Origin: Spirochaetaceae bacterium
GTDB lineage: Bacteria; Spirochaetota; Spirochaetia; DSM-2461
NCBI GenBank assembly: GCA_965224705.1
Contig: OZ245056.1
Coordinates: forward strand, 1,088,001-1,152,000
DNA: 64,000 bases
Direction: 5' to 3'
The notes below the pieces were generated by a model. That model was not told the origin of the DNA. It ran no database searches and saw only the letters and a program-made list of their open reading frames with translations. Made by a program: the position numbers and the translations under genes. Below, one piece after another: positions 37,374-47,233 of the stretch; position 1 is the first letter of the stretch; every line of letters begins with the position of its first letter.

Positions 37374-38711
37374 ATGAAACGTTTTCTCCTGACAGTCCTG
37401 GCAATGCTGGCACTGGCTGTCGGATTATTTGCTAACGGTAAAGCGGAGTCCTCCGATCCGGATGGTCCGGTAACACTGACCTATTGGCATCTCTGGGGCG
37501 GTTCGCGTACGGAACTGATTGACCAGTTGATTGCTGATTATATCGCCAAGAATCCCAATGTAACGATTGAAGCGACCTTCACCCCTCCGAATGAGCTGCA
37601 GAAAAAAGTTGTCCAGGCAGCGGGTACCGGCACTTTACCTGACGTGGTTCAGATACATTCCGGTTGGTACGATGCCCTGATGCCCGAGACGACATTAACC
37701 AATCTGGATGATTATCTGAAAGCAGATAACATCGTCATCGAAGATGTGCTCGTTGCCGCTGAAGCAGAACGCAGCTACTACGACGGCAGTGTTTACAGTC
37801 TCCCCAATGTAAACGCAGGAGCCCAGGGATTATTCTTCTATAACAAAGATCTTATGACAAAAGCCGGTCTGGATCCTGTTACGGATGCTCCGACAGACTG
37901 GAACTCCTTCCTTGAGGTCAGCAAAACCCTCGTAGAGAAACTCAATGGAGATCAGCTTGATGTAATTGCCTGGGATCCCTACCAGATGGCAGGGCAGCCG
38001 GCAACAATCATTTTCAGCTATGGTGCCGGTGCACCTACTGTTTCCGACGATGGAACCAGATCCAACCTTAATTCTCCGGGTGTTCTGACTACAGCCAGAG
38101 CCTTCGAAGAATACGTTGATACCGTTTACGGCAAGTTCGGCGGCTACAAAGCGATTCTGGAATGGAACAGCCGGGTTGCCGGAGCCGACACCGGTGCTGC
38201 CCAGGTTCAGGCATTCATTAATGAAGGACAGGCATTCTATGTTTCAGGCTCCTGGACTATCGGACAGGTGAAATCAGGAAATGAGGACATGGAATTCGGT
38301 ATTATTCCTGTTCCAGGATTCAATGGCCCTCATGGTGGTACAGCCAAGAATGGCTGGTCATATGCGGTCAGCGGCAGTTCCAAACAGAAACAGGCTGCTT
38401 TTGAATTCCTGAAATTCATCACGCTGGCTGAAGAAGGAAACGGCGCATTCTGTATCGCACAGGGTCGTCCCTGCCCCATTTCTGCAGTCAATGAAGATCC
38501 TGCATTCGCAGCAATGGGTGACATGTGGACCAACCTTGTGGCTTCAATGAATACCGATATTGTACCTGCTGCACCGGACATCCATCAGGATGCCCTGAAA
38601 CCCTGGCTCCGGGATGTTCCCAACAGACGAATAGCCGGTGAATCCATCGAAGATATCTACGCATCCATCCATGCACAGTACCAGGACTATCTGGACGATC
38701 TGTACAACTGA
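37374..38711 (+). CDS. Carbohydrate ABC transporter solute-binding protein (CUT1)
   Basis: Signal LFANGKAE, LTYWH, PDV, FYNKDL..KAGLDP, GSW, AFEFLKF. ATG 37374 follows AAGGAG. Confidence 0.92.
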   Translation: MKRFLLTVLAMLALAVGLFANGKAESSDPDGPVTLTYWHLWGGSRTELIDQLIADYIAKNPNVTIEATFTPPNELQKKVVQAAGTGTLPDVVQIHSGWYDALMPETTLTNLDDYLKADNIVIEDVLVAAEAERSYYDGSVYSLPNVNAGAQGLFFYNKDLMTKAGLDPVTDAPTDWNSFLEVSKTLVEKLNGDQLDVIAWDPYQMAGQPATIIFSYGAGAPTVSDDGTRSNLNSPGVLTTARAFEEYVDTVYGKFGGYKAILEWNSRVAGADTGAAQVQAFINEGQAFYVSGSWTIGQVKSGNEDMEFGIIPVPGFNGPHGGTAKNGWSYAVSGSSKQKQAAFEFLKFITLAEEGNGAFCIAQGRPCPISAVNEDPAFAAMGDMWTNLVASMNTDIVPAAPDIHQDALKPWLRDVPNRRIAGESIEDIYASIHAQYQDYLDDLYN

Positions 38712-38768
38712 TTAAAAACAGCAGCCCGGGAGTATCCACCCCCGGGTTCCTTTACAGAGGTAAAGACT

Positions 38769-39668
38769 ATGTCCAACCGCATTGAAGGCCCGGCCCAGGT
38801 ACAGGTAAGGACAGTGCTGCTCTTTCTGGCTCCCTGGCTGCTCTCTCTGGTCGTCTTCTGGTACGGGCCGATTCTGTACACCGTGATATTGAGCTTCATG
38901 AAATACCGCCTTATTGGCGGAGGGCGGTTCATCGGTTTTGCCAACTATGTGGAAACGTTCACCGATCCTTTTTTCTGGAAAGGCCTGTCCAATACTTTCG
39001 TTTTCACATTGATGTTCATACCGGCGAATTTTGCTCTCGGACTGCTGACGGCATGGCTTCTGTCATCCGATATACCGGCCAGGGGTCTTTTCCGGAGCAT
39101 TATCTATATTCCGGCCGTACTTCCGGTGATAGCGATACTGGTCCTTGGAAAATTCCTGTTCTATCCCAACGGATTGGTCAACAGCTTCCTGGAACTGTTC
39201 GGCATTCCCGGGCCCTTCTGGCTTTCCAATCCCAGACTGATCAAGCCCACATCAGTACTGCTGATGATCTGGCAGTGCGGAACATCAATGGTAATCTATC
39301 TGGGAGCACTGAAAGCAGTTCCCGGCCATTACTATGAAGCTGCCGAGATTGACGGTCTCAACCGTTTCGGACAATTCCTGAAGATAACCATACCGATGAT
39401 TTCTCCGACGATTTTCTTCCGTGCGATCATGGATCTGATCTTCGGTTTAATGATATTCATTCCCGGACTGGTACTGCCGGAAGGCAATGTCCCGGGTGGC
39501 CCAGGGAATGCATCCCGATTCTATGCATTGCACCTGTATGAGAAAGCATTCCAGCGATTCAACCTGGGCGAGGCATCAACTCTGGCAACCATTCTTATCA
39601 TTATCAGTTTTCTCATCACATTCCTGATTATGAGAACCAGTGAACGATTCGTTCACTATGAGACGTAA
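38769..39668 (+). CDS. Carbohydrate ABC transporter permease
   Basis: FIGFANY, FRSIIYIP, EAA loop YEAAEIDG, ITIPMISP. Confidence 0.93.
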   Translation: MSNRIEGPAQVQVRTVLLFLAPWLLSLVVFWYGPILYTVILSFMKYRLIGGGRFIGFANYVETFTDPFFWKGLSNTFVFTLMFIPANFALGLLTAWLLSSDIPARGLFRSIIYIPAVLPVIAILVLGKFLFYPNGLVNSFLELFGIPGPFWLSNPRLIKPTSVLLMIWQCGTSMVIYLGALKAVPGHYYEAAEIDGLNRFGQFLKITIPMISPTIFFRAIMDLIFGLMIFIPGLVLPEGNVPGGPGNASRFYALHLYEKAFQRFNLGEASTLATILIIISFLITFLIMRTSERFVHYET

Positions 39669-39672
39669 TCCC

Positions 39673-40506
39673 ATGAAAGCAAGATCCAGAGATAAGCTGA
39701 TAACCCTGATCGTAACGATACTGATCAGTCTTGTATTCCTCTCCCCTTTTGCCTATCTGATATCAACAGCTTTGAAAAGCGTGGATCAACTCCTGAAAGA
39801 ACCCAGAGCACTATTCCCGCTGCCGCTTCACTTTGAGAACTTTCTGACGGTCGTGCGTCAGTATCCTATACACATCTATTTCTTGAATACCATTCTGGTT
39901 GTTATTGGTTCCATTATCGGGAATGTGCTGGTCAGTACTCTGGCCGGTTATGCACTGTCCAGGCTTACATTCAAAGGACGGGAATTCCTTTTCAACCTGA
40001 CATTGGCGACGATGTTCATGCCCTTATTTCTTCTGGTTATACCCCGTTTCATAATCTTCCAGAAAATGGGTGTGATAGGCACACTCTGGCCGCTGATACT
40101 CCCATCTGCATTCGGATCCCCATTCTGCATTTTTCTGATACGGCAGTACTTGAGAAGCATACCGATGGAACTCAGTGAAGCAGCCAAAGTGGACGGCTGC
40201 AGCGAGTTCGTAATATACAGCAGGATAATTCTGCCTCTGGCAAAACCCGTTATCGCTACCGTGGTTATTTTCACCACACAGTGGAGATGGAATGACTTCA
40301 TCGAACCCCTGATCTACCTGCCCAGCCAGAAGCTCTACACAATCACAATGGGACTGTATACCGTTCTGGGAACCAGTGCAGAAGAGATAAACATCCATCT
40401 GGTAATGGCATTCCTTATTATCGCGATTCTCCCGATATTGCTGGTGTTCCTGATTGCCCAGCGGCAATTCGTGGAAGGTACCGCATCAACCGGACTGAAA
40501 GGTTAA
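39673..40506 (+). CDS. Carbohydrate ABC transporter permease
   Basis: AGYALSRL.FKGR, IP.EL.EAAKVDG, WNDF..PL, QRQFVEG...TGLKG. Confidence 0.93.
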   Translation: MKARSRDKLITLIVTILISLVFLSPFAYLISTALKSVDQLLKEPRALFPLPLHFENFLTVVRQYPIHIYFLNTILVVIGSIIGNVLVSTLAGYALSRLTFKGREFLFNLTLATMFMPLFLLVIPRFIIFQKMGVIGTLWPLILPSAFGSPFCIFLIRQYLRSIPMELSEAAKVDGCSEFVIYSRIILPLAKPVIATVVIFTTQWRWNDFIEPLIYLPSQKLYTITMGLYTVLGTSAEEINIHLVMAFLIIAILPILLVFLIAQRQFVEGTASTGLKG

Positions 40507-40510
40507 TTAC

Positions 40511-42844
40511 ATGACACATAAGACGAAAACGTATGACGTAGTTGTCGCCGGCGGCGGCCTTGCCGGTGTGAGTGCAGCGATTGCGGCGGCACGTCTGGGA
40601 AAAAAAACTGCACTGGTCCAGGAACGGCCCGTTCTTGGAGGCAACAGCTCTTCTGAAATCAGGGTGACTCCCCATGGAGCAGCGGCATTTCACCATTACG
40701 GACGAGAAACAGGGATAATCTCAGAGTTACTTGAAGATGAGAGGCGAAGAAACCACCAGGAAATATTCGAGAACGGATGGACCAACTCTGTCTGGGATAT
40801 GGTGCAGTATGACACCTGTGTTTCCGAAGAAGATCTCGATCTCTACCTGAATACGACGGCCTATGGTGTGCAGATGTCTGATGACCAGACTATTGAATCA
40901 GTAAATGCCCGAATTCTCGGAGCGGAAACAGAACTGGAACTGAAAGCCGGTGTTTTCATTGATGCGACCGGTGATGGGATTATCGCGGACGCTGCCGGCT
41001 GCAGTTCCATGCGCGGATCGGAAAGCAAGAAACTACATGGAGAAATCCATGCACCTGATGCAGGCAGACGTGATGATGAAATGGGGAATTCACTTCACTT
41101 CCGCATCGTGGATACCGGTCATCCTGTTGATTTCATCGCCCCTGAATGGGCCGTAAAACACGATAATCCTTCCTACTTCTGGGACTCCGGAAGGAAGCTG
41201 AAAGACCTGCGCGGCGGGTTCTGGTGGATAGAGATCGCAAAGCCATGGGATACAATCGACGATGCCGAAACTATCAGGCATGAACTGACACGACACCTCC
41301 TTGGTATCTGGGACTGGATGAAAAACCATGATCCGAAAACCAGTAAAGACTGCCGGAATCTGGCTCTGGACTGGATCGGTCAGGTACCGGGTAAACGAGA
41401 GAGCCGCCGCATAGTCGGTAAATACCTGATGACGGAAAATGATATCCAGGACAAAGTTCCGTTTGATGACGAAGTAGCTTTCGGCGGCTGGTTCCTGGAT
41501 CTCCACACACCTGGAGGACTTCTTGCTGAGCACTCTGAGGAACGCAGTAAGGAATCCTACAGTCCCTATGGGCAGAAAGGAGCGGAGAGCTATGTCGGTC
41601 CCTATGCCATTCCGTATCGGGTGATGTGTCCGGAGGGTGTCGATAATCTTCTATTGGCCGGCAGGGCACTGAGCCTGACTCATGCCGCTTTCGGAACTGT
41701 CCGGGTAATGAGTACTCTGGCGCTGATGGGTCAAGCCGCCGGTACTGCCGCCGCACGGGCCCTGGACAGAAATACAGGGATCCAGGATCTTGATCTGCAG
41801 GATCTCCGATCTGTTCAGCAGCGCCTGTTGAGAGATGGTGCATTCCTGATGGGACACCCCGGTACCGATGAAAAAAATCTGGCACCAAAAGCGAAAATAT
41901 CATCAAGTTCCGAGTTCGTCCTTGCCGGAGCCGGTCCTGCTGATACCTGGGCCCATGGCGGCATCGGGTACTGGAAAGATCAGGTCGACCCCCGTATTAC
42001 CGAAAGACTTGATACTGTTCATGCCCAGCTTATTCCGATATCGGGTGAGGTTCAATCAGTGTCTCTGCTGCTCAGAAATGACAGCGAAAGTCCTGTCAGC
42101 CTTGCAGTCCGCATAAGGGAATCGGATCATATCTGGGACTACCGTGTGGAGTCCGGAGAGTTACTCACATCCGTAGAACTGGAGATTGCACCGGGAGAAG
42201 CCTGGTACTGCATTGATCTGAAAGCAGAAAACAGAGGCAGGCGGTTTATCCGGTTGGAAGCCGGTCCTTCCGATAAGGTTCTCTGGATTATGGCCGGTAC
42301 TTTTATACCGTCCTGCGTATCCTATTTCGGAATCACGGAGGAGCGTCTGCGAACCTTCATGCAGGGTGCTACTCTGAGCTTCAAAATCGATCCGCCTCAG
42401 TTTCCCTACCCTGTTGATAATGTCGTTTCCGGATGGACCAGACCCTATAGGGATACCGGATGTTGGCGCTCATCCTCCATCGGCGGTCATGGAGATGCGT
42501 GGATTCGCTTTGACTGGGAAGATCCAGTTGATCTGGAAGATATTCAGATAACCTTTCCCGGGCAGATTCTTCGGGAATACCATGCCTATCCCCCAGGTTT
42601 TAAAGATCCACAGACAGCCAGGGACTATCTTATCGAAGCAATTTACTCCGGGAGCAGCACAGAAGATTGGAAAGAAATCGTGAAAGTTGACGGTAATTAC
42701 AACCGCATCGTAAGGCACAAAGTATCATTAACGGCTCCGATAAAATCACTGCGTTTGCGTATCGCTGCTACAAATGGTGATGATATCGCTGCCGTTTATG
42801 AAGTCCGCTGCTATCCCCCTGGGTCAGGAAAATGGTGCGATTAA
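40511..42844 (+). CDS. FAD-dependent oxidoreductase (PF12831-like) with C-terminal beta-sandwich extension
   Basis: DVVVAGGGLAG..AA..AAR.G, RPVLGGNSSSEIRV, FIDATGDG, PGKRESRR, NL..AGR. Confidence 0.88.
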   Translation: MTHKTKTYDVVVAGGGLAGVSAAIAAARLGKKTALVQERPVLGGNSSSEIRVTPHGAAAFHHYGRETGIISELLEDERRRNHQEIFENGWTNSVWDMVQYDTCVSEEDLDLYLNTTAYGVQMSDDQTIESVNARILGAETELELKAGVFIDATGDGIIADAAGCSSMRGSESKKLHGEIHAPDAGRRDDEMGNSLHFRIVDTGHPVDFIAPEWAVKHDNPSYFWDSGRKLKDLRGGFWWIEIAKPWDTIDDAETIRHELTRHLLGIWDWMKNHDPKTSKDCRNLALDWIGQVPGKRESRRIVGKYLMTENDIQDKVPFDDEVAFGGWFLDLHTPGGLLAEHSEERSKESYSPYGQKGAESYVGPYAIPYRVMCPEGVDNLLLAGRALSLTHAAFGTVRVMSTLALMGQAAGTAAARALDRNTGIQDLDLQDLRSVQQRLLRDGAFLMGHPGTDEKNLAPKAKISSSSEFVLAGAGPADTWAHGGIGYWKDQVDPRITERLDTVHAQLIPISGEVQSVSLLLRNDSESPVSLAVRIRESDHIWDYRVESGELLTSVELEIAPGEAWYCIDLKAENRGRRFIRLEAGPSDKVLWIMAGTFIPSCVSYFGITEERLRTFMQGATLSFKIDPPQFPYPVDNVVSGWTRPYRDTGCWRSSSIGGHGDAWIRFDWEDPVDLEDIQITFPGQILREYHAYPPGFKDPQTARDYLIEAIYSGSSTEDWKEIVKVDGNYNRIVRHKVSLTAPIKSLRLRIAATNGDDIAAVYEVRCYPPGSGKWCD

Positions 42845-45111
42845 AGCCTGAAGTATCCAGGAATGCAGATCAGAGAACTCTGTCCGGCGATCTGGTGATC
42901 GCTGGAGGCGGGCTGGCCGGGACCTGCACTGCAATTACTGCAGCAAGGGAAGGCCTGAAAGTAATTCTCGCTCAGGACCGGTCAGTATTAGGCGGAAATT
43001 CATCCAGCGAGGTGAGATTGTGGGCACTGGGTGCCACTTCACACATGGGGAATAACAACCGCTGGGCCAGAGAGGGCGGTGTTGTTGATGAGATCATGAC
43101 GGAAAACCTCTGGCGAAATCCTGAGGGTAATCCGTTTCTCTTTGATGCGGTCCTGCTTGATAAGGTATGGGAAGAACCTCGAATAACTCTGCTCCTCGAT
43201 ACCGCAGTACACAATGTTGTTATGGACGGAAGGAAGATCAAGGGCCTGGAAGCCTACAACTCCCAGGAATCGATTGTCTATCTGATCAATGCACCGCTTT
43301 TCTGTGATGCGACGGGAGACGGAACAGTCGCCTATCAGGCGGGAGCCTCTTTCAGGATAGGAGCCGAAGAGGCAGAGGAATTCTCAGAACCCCTGGCACC
43401 GAATGAAGACTATGGGGAACTGCTGGGCAGCACAATCTACTTCTATTCAAAAGATGTCGGGAAACCTGTCAGTTTTGTACCCCCGAATTTTGCCCTGAAA
43501 GACATCTCATCGATCCCAGGGTTCAAACGTATAAAAGCTACAGAACATGGTTGTTCCTTCTGGTGGCTGGAGTACGGTGGACGCCTGGATACCATAGGTG
43601 ACACAAGTCTGATCAGGAAGGAACTTCTCAAAATTGTTTATGGTATCTGGAACTATATAAAGAATTCCGGCAACTTCCCGGAGGCTGGGAACCTGACCCT
43701 GGAGTGGGTTGGCAGCATACCTGGAAAAAGAGAGAGCAGAAGGTTTGAAGGAGACTATATGCTCTCTCAATCAGATATCGTCAGGCAGAAAACATTTGCC
43801 GATGCGGTTTCCTACGGTGGATGGGCAATAGACCTTCACCCTGCTGACGGAGTCTATTCGGATAAACCTCCCTGCAGCCAATACCACTCAAGAGGGGTTT
43901 ACCAGATTCCTTACCGCTGTCTCTACAGCCGGGATATCCCAAATTTGTTTCTTGTCGGCAGGCTGATCAGTGCATCCCATATAGCATTCGGGTCCACCAG
44001 GGTCATGATGACCGGAGCCCATAACGGACAGGCAGTCGCTGTTGCAGCTGCAATCTGCAAAGAACAATCCATGTTGCCGGAGAATCTGGCAACAAATCCG
44101 GAACTCAGAACATTGCAGAACAGATTGATTCGGAGCGGACAATTCATCCCACACCTGGAACTGACAGATTCTGAAGACCTGGCAGCCGAGGCGGCATTTG
44201 AAGTTTCCGATACTCTGGTACTCCAGGAAGTGCCGGATTCCGGTGAGACACATGCAGTCCTGGAACCGGAAGGCGTGCTGCTTCCTTTCCAAAAAGGTGA
44301 GATACCGGAGTTCCAGATTACAGTCGATGCGGAATCAGATTTGAATGTTTCAGTTCAACTTCGTCGATCCGACTATTATGGTAATTTCTCACCGGATATC
44401 GTAATCGAAGAAACTGTTATACCGGTGACCAGAGGTCTCTCACAACCGCTGAACATCGCATTCGAGACTGTTCTTGAAAACCCCGAATACCTGACAGTTG
44501 TGGTGCTTCCGGTATCAGGACTTCGTATCCACGAAAGCAGGGCAGAGCTTCCTGGAATCCTCAGGCTCAGGCATAGTTCAAACCCGAAAGTTGCGACATC
44601 ATCGAAACAGAGCCCTCCAGAAGGATCGGGGATTGATCCGATGGAATTCTGGCTGCCAGAACGCAGGCCTGGCGCATCCTTATGGGCCATGCGATTCTCC
44701 ACACCAATGAGAATATACTCGGCAGAAAGGCTGCATGGGGGATATCAGCGTCCCTTTATCGGTGCAAACTGCTGGGCAGTAGAATACCACGAGGGAAATC
44801 CGGAATATATCAAACTACGCTGGCAGCGGAAACAGAAGTTATCCCGGCTCATGCTGGCATTGGATAGCGACCATGACCACCCGATGGAATCAGTACAGCT
44901 TGGACATGGTTCCCGAGTGAGCCCCTTTCTTCCCAGAGCTCTGCTGATCAAAGATGATTGCGAAAACGTGCTTGCTTCCTTCACCGATATACACAACTCA
45001 CGGATCGATCTCAAACTGAAAAAGCCTGTTCTCACCTCTTCAATCAGCATTGAGATTCAGGAGGCCTGGGGCGAAGTGGTTTCCGTATTTCAGATTTCAG
45101 CATATCAGTGA
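42832..45111 (+). CDS. FAD-dependent oxidoreductase (PF12831-like), paralog
   Basis: GGGLAG, LGGNSSSEVR, DATGDG, PGKRESRR, AFGSTRVM. Confidence 0.88.
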   Translation: MVRLKPEVSRNADQRTLSGDLVIAGGGLAGTCTAITAAREGLKVILAQDRSVLGGNSSSEVRLWALGATSHMGNNNRWAREGGVVDEIMTENLWRNPEGNPFLFDAVLLDKVWEEPRITLLLDTAVHNVVMDGRKIKGLEAYNSQESIVYLINAPLFCDATGDGTVAYQAGASFRIGAEEAEEFSEPLAPNEDYGELLGSTIYFYSKDVGKPVSFVPPNFALKDISSIPGFKRIKATEHGCSFWWLEYGGRLDTIGDTSLIRKELLKIVYGIWNYIKNSGNFPEAGNLTLEWVGSIPGKRESRRFEGDYMLSQSDIVRQKTFADAVSYGGWAIDLHPADGVYSDKPPCSQYHSRGVYQIPYRCLYSRDIPNLFLVGRLISASHIAFGSTRVMMTGAHNGQAVAVAAAICKEQSMLPENLATNPELRTLQNRLIRSGQFIPHLELTDSEDLAAEAAFEVSDTLVLQEVPDSGETHAVLEPEGVLLPFQKGEIPEFQITVDAESDLNVSVQLRRSDYYGNFSPDIVIEETVIPVTRGLSQPLNIAFETVLENPEYLTVVVLPVSGLRIHESRAELPGILRLRHSSNPKVATSSKQSPPEGSGIDPMEFWLPERRPGASLWAMRFSTPMRIYSAERLHGGYQRPFIGANCWAVEYHEGNPEYIKLRWQRKQKLSRLMLALDSDHDHPMESVQLGHGSRVSPFLPRALLIKDDCENVLASFTDIHNSRIDLKLKKPVLTSSISIEIQEAWGEVVSVFQISAYQ

Positions 45112-45175
45112 CATGGTTGCCCAATACGGGGAACAGACTCGACATCCCGGCCAAACTTCCCCCATCATAACCCCA

Positions 45176-45245
45176 TGAGAAAAACTGAATTGATCGGTGT
45201 TTATGATAAAAGCGGAAGCGGGGATGCCCGTGAGTGAAGTCTCGG
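45176..45245 (+). pseudogene. Possible IS3-family OrfA remnant
   Basis: MRKT.../FMIK-AEAGMPVSEV resembles IS3 OrfA N-termini; very short. Confidence 0.3.
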
Positions 45246-45332
45246 ACTACACGGGGACCGCTGAAAGAAGTATAGTAGCCGAAGCATCACCACTGAGATT
45301 GAAGCCTGTTTCGCCGACATCAAGGAGAACCC

Positions 45333-47006
45333 ATGAGATATCGCACACAACGCCGTTTCGGCCATGTTTTTCGAATCCTGGATATCATACGCCGTGCCGT
45401 ACTCGGTGTCGTGTTCTGGTCGCTCGTCATTGCGTTCATCATTTCTCTTCTTGCAAACAGACCGCCTCGCATGAGAACGGAGACAGTGCTGATGGTTTCA
45501 CCTGTCGGCACTCTGACAGATGACTACACGGCTCCTACGAGTTATCAAGGTCTGTCGATTGGTCAATATATGGAGGAAACCCTCCTCGATGATTTGATCA
45601 GGGCCATCGAGAGGGGGAAAGATGATGAACGCATCCTGGGAATTTGGCTCCGTTTGGATACTCTCTACTCCGCAGGACCGGCAGCAGCCGGTGAGCTGGC
45701 CGATGCGCTCATAGAATTCTCCGCATCGGGTAAGCCCATCATTGCCAGTGCGGATACCTACGATACTTCCCGGTATAGAATCGCATCGGCGGCAGACCAT
45801 ATCGTCCTTGATCGGCTGGGCGAGGTTTTTCCCTCGGGTTATGGTCTCTGGCGTGCTTATCTGGCCGAAGGAATAGAAAAAATCGGTGGAGATGTCAGAC
45901 TTTTCCGCTCCGGTGAATCCAAAAGCGCCGCTGAAAACCTCATCCTGAGCGGCATGTCCGAAGCCGCAAGACAAGATGAGGAGCGGCTCTTGGGTGACCT
46001 CTGGCGCGAATGGATCCAGGCCGTTGCCGAAAAGCGAGAAATCCAGCCGGAGACTCTTGAAGAGTGGATCGCCAACTACGATACATACCTAATCGCCGCC
46101 AACGGCAACGCCTCCGCATCGGCGAAAAACGTGTCTCTGATTGATGAAATCGAGACAGGCGGCGTGCTCCAGGAGAGACTCACCCACCTCTTCGGCGAGG
46201 ATTTTGCCACCGTTGATGCCATTGACTACATCACTCGGCTGGGGCCGGGCCGTTTACGGAAGAACCTCGTCGCCGTTGTCCCGGTGGCGGGAACCCTTGT
46301 TTATGGCGAGGGAAACTCCGGTCAGGCTGGCAGCAGCGATGTGGTTTCAGTTATTGAAACCGCCCGGTCTGCACCGGGTGTCAGAGCTATAGTACTGCGC
46401 ATCGACAGTCCGGGCGGTGATGTGAGAGCCGGAGAGGCGATACGCCGCAGTATCCTGGAGACTCGTGAGGATTACAGCCTCCCGGTCGTGGCGTCCCTGG
46501 GAAATATCGCGGCATCCGGCGGATATTGGATTGCCCTTGAAGCGGATCTCATCGTGACAAGACCGGAGACTATCACCGGTTCCATTGGTGTTTTTTCGGT
46601 TTCAATGAGCTTCCAGCGCGGACTTGCCGATTTTCTGGGAATTCGTTTCGATGGATTGGGCACGACACCCTGGTTCGGGGCGGGACATCCTGGCCGAATC
46701 CTCGATGAGAGAACGGCCTCTCTCTATGAGGCAGGAGTGGCGGACATCGATACTTTGTTCAAGAACCTCGTCTCGGAAAAACGTGGATTGACCTTTGATG
46801 AAGTTGAATCCATGGCCGGGGGAATACCCTGGTCTGGGCGCCGGGCCCTGGAACTTGGTCTGGCTGACCGTCCGGGCAGTCTCCAGGACGCACGCCGTTA
46901 CGCGGCGGAACTCGCCGGTCTGGAAGAATGGAGTTCCAGGAGTTTCACTAAAACCCGAGATCTCCGTGAAGTCCTACTCAACCGTATTCTCTGGGGAAGC
47001 CGGTAA
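45333..47006 (+). CDS. sppA: Signal peptide peptidase SppA (67K type)
   Basis: N-terminal TM helix; KSAAE, LRIDSPGG, AASGGYW, TITGSIGV, GLAD. Confidence 0.9.
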   Translation: MRYRTQRRFGHVFRILDIIRRAVLGVVFWSLVIAFIISLLANRPPRMRTETVLMVSPVGTLTDDYTAPTSYQGLSIGQYMEETLLDDLIRAIERGKDDERILGIWLRLDTLYSAGPAAAGELADALIEFSASGKPIIASADTYDTSRYRIASAADHIVLDRLGEVFPSGYGLWRAYLAEGIEKIGGDVRLFRSGESKSAAENLILSGMSEAARQDEERLLGDLWREWIQAVAEKREIQPETLEEWIANYDTYLIAANGNASASAKNVSLIDEIETGGVLQERLTHLFGEDFATVDAIDYITRLGPGRLRKNLVAVVPVAGTLVYGEGNSGQAGSSDVVSVIETARSAPGVRAIVLRIDSPGGDVRAGEAIRRSILETREDYSLPVVASLGNIAASGGYWIALEADLIVTRPETITGSIGVFSVSMSFQRGLADFLGIRFDGLGTTPWFGAGHPGRILDERTASLYEAGVADIDTLFKNLVSEKRGLTFDEVESMAGGIPWSGRRALELGLADRPGSLQDARRYAAELAGLEEWSSRSFTKTRDLREVLLNRILWGSR

Positions 47007-47059
47007 ATCGGCATCGGCATTCACCTCCATACTGTTTCAGGAGGCTCTGGCCTTAGGGC

Positions 47060-47232
47060 CTCCAATCGACAAATGCTGTGATGCTCTGGGGATTCAAACA
47101 AGGACACCCGCATGAAGATTCAGGTGAAGTCATAACATCAAGGGTAAATTCTAACGGAGAAGAATATCCCTGTGCAGTTTGGATGTATAAGCTGCCAATG
47201 AACGTGAGTAACACTCCTGCCATCCTGCACTC
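47060..47232 (-). pseudogene. Probable remnant of a restriction endonuclease (AlwI family-like)
   Basis: Directly after the MTase stop: AGWQECYSRSLAA/YIQTAQGYSSPLEFTLDVM. Similarity to AlwI-family REases is from recollection and needs an HMM check. Confidence 0.45.
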
Positions 47233-47233
47233 T

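Noticed and set aside
37374..40506. Missing ATPase in the CUT1 ABC operon
   Set aside because: Common; CUT1 systems often share an MsmK/MalK-type ATPase encoded elsewhere.
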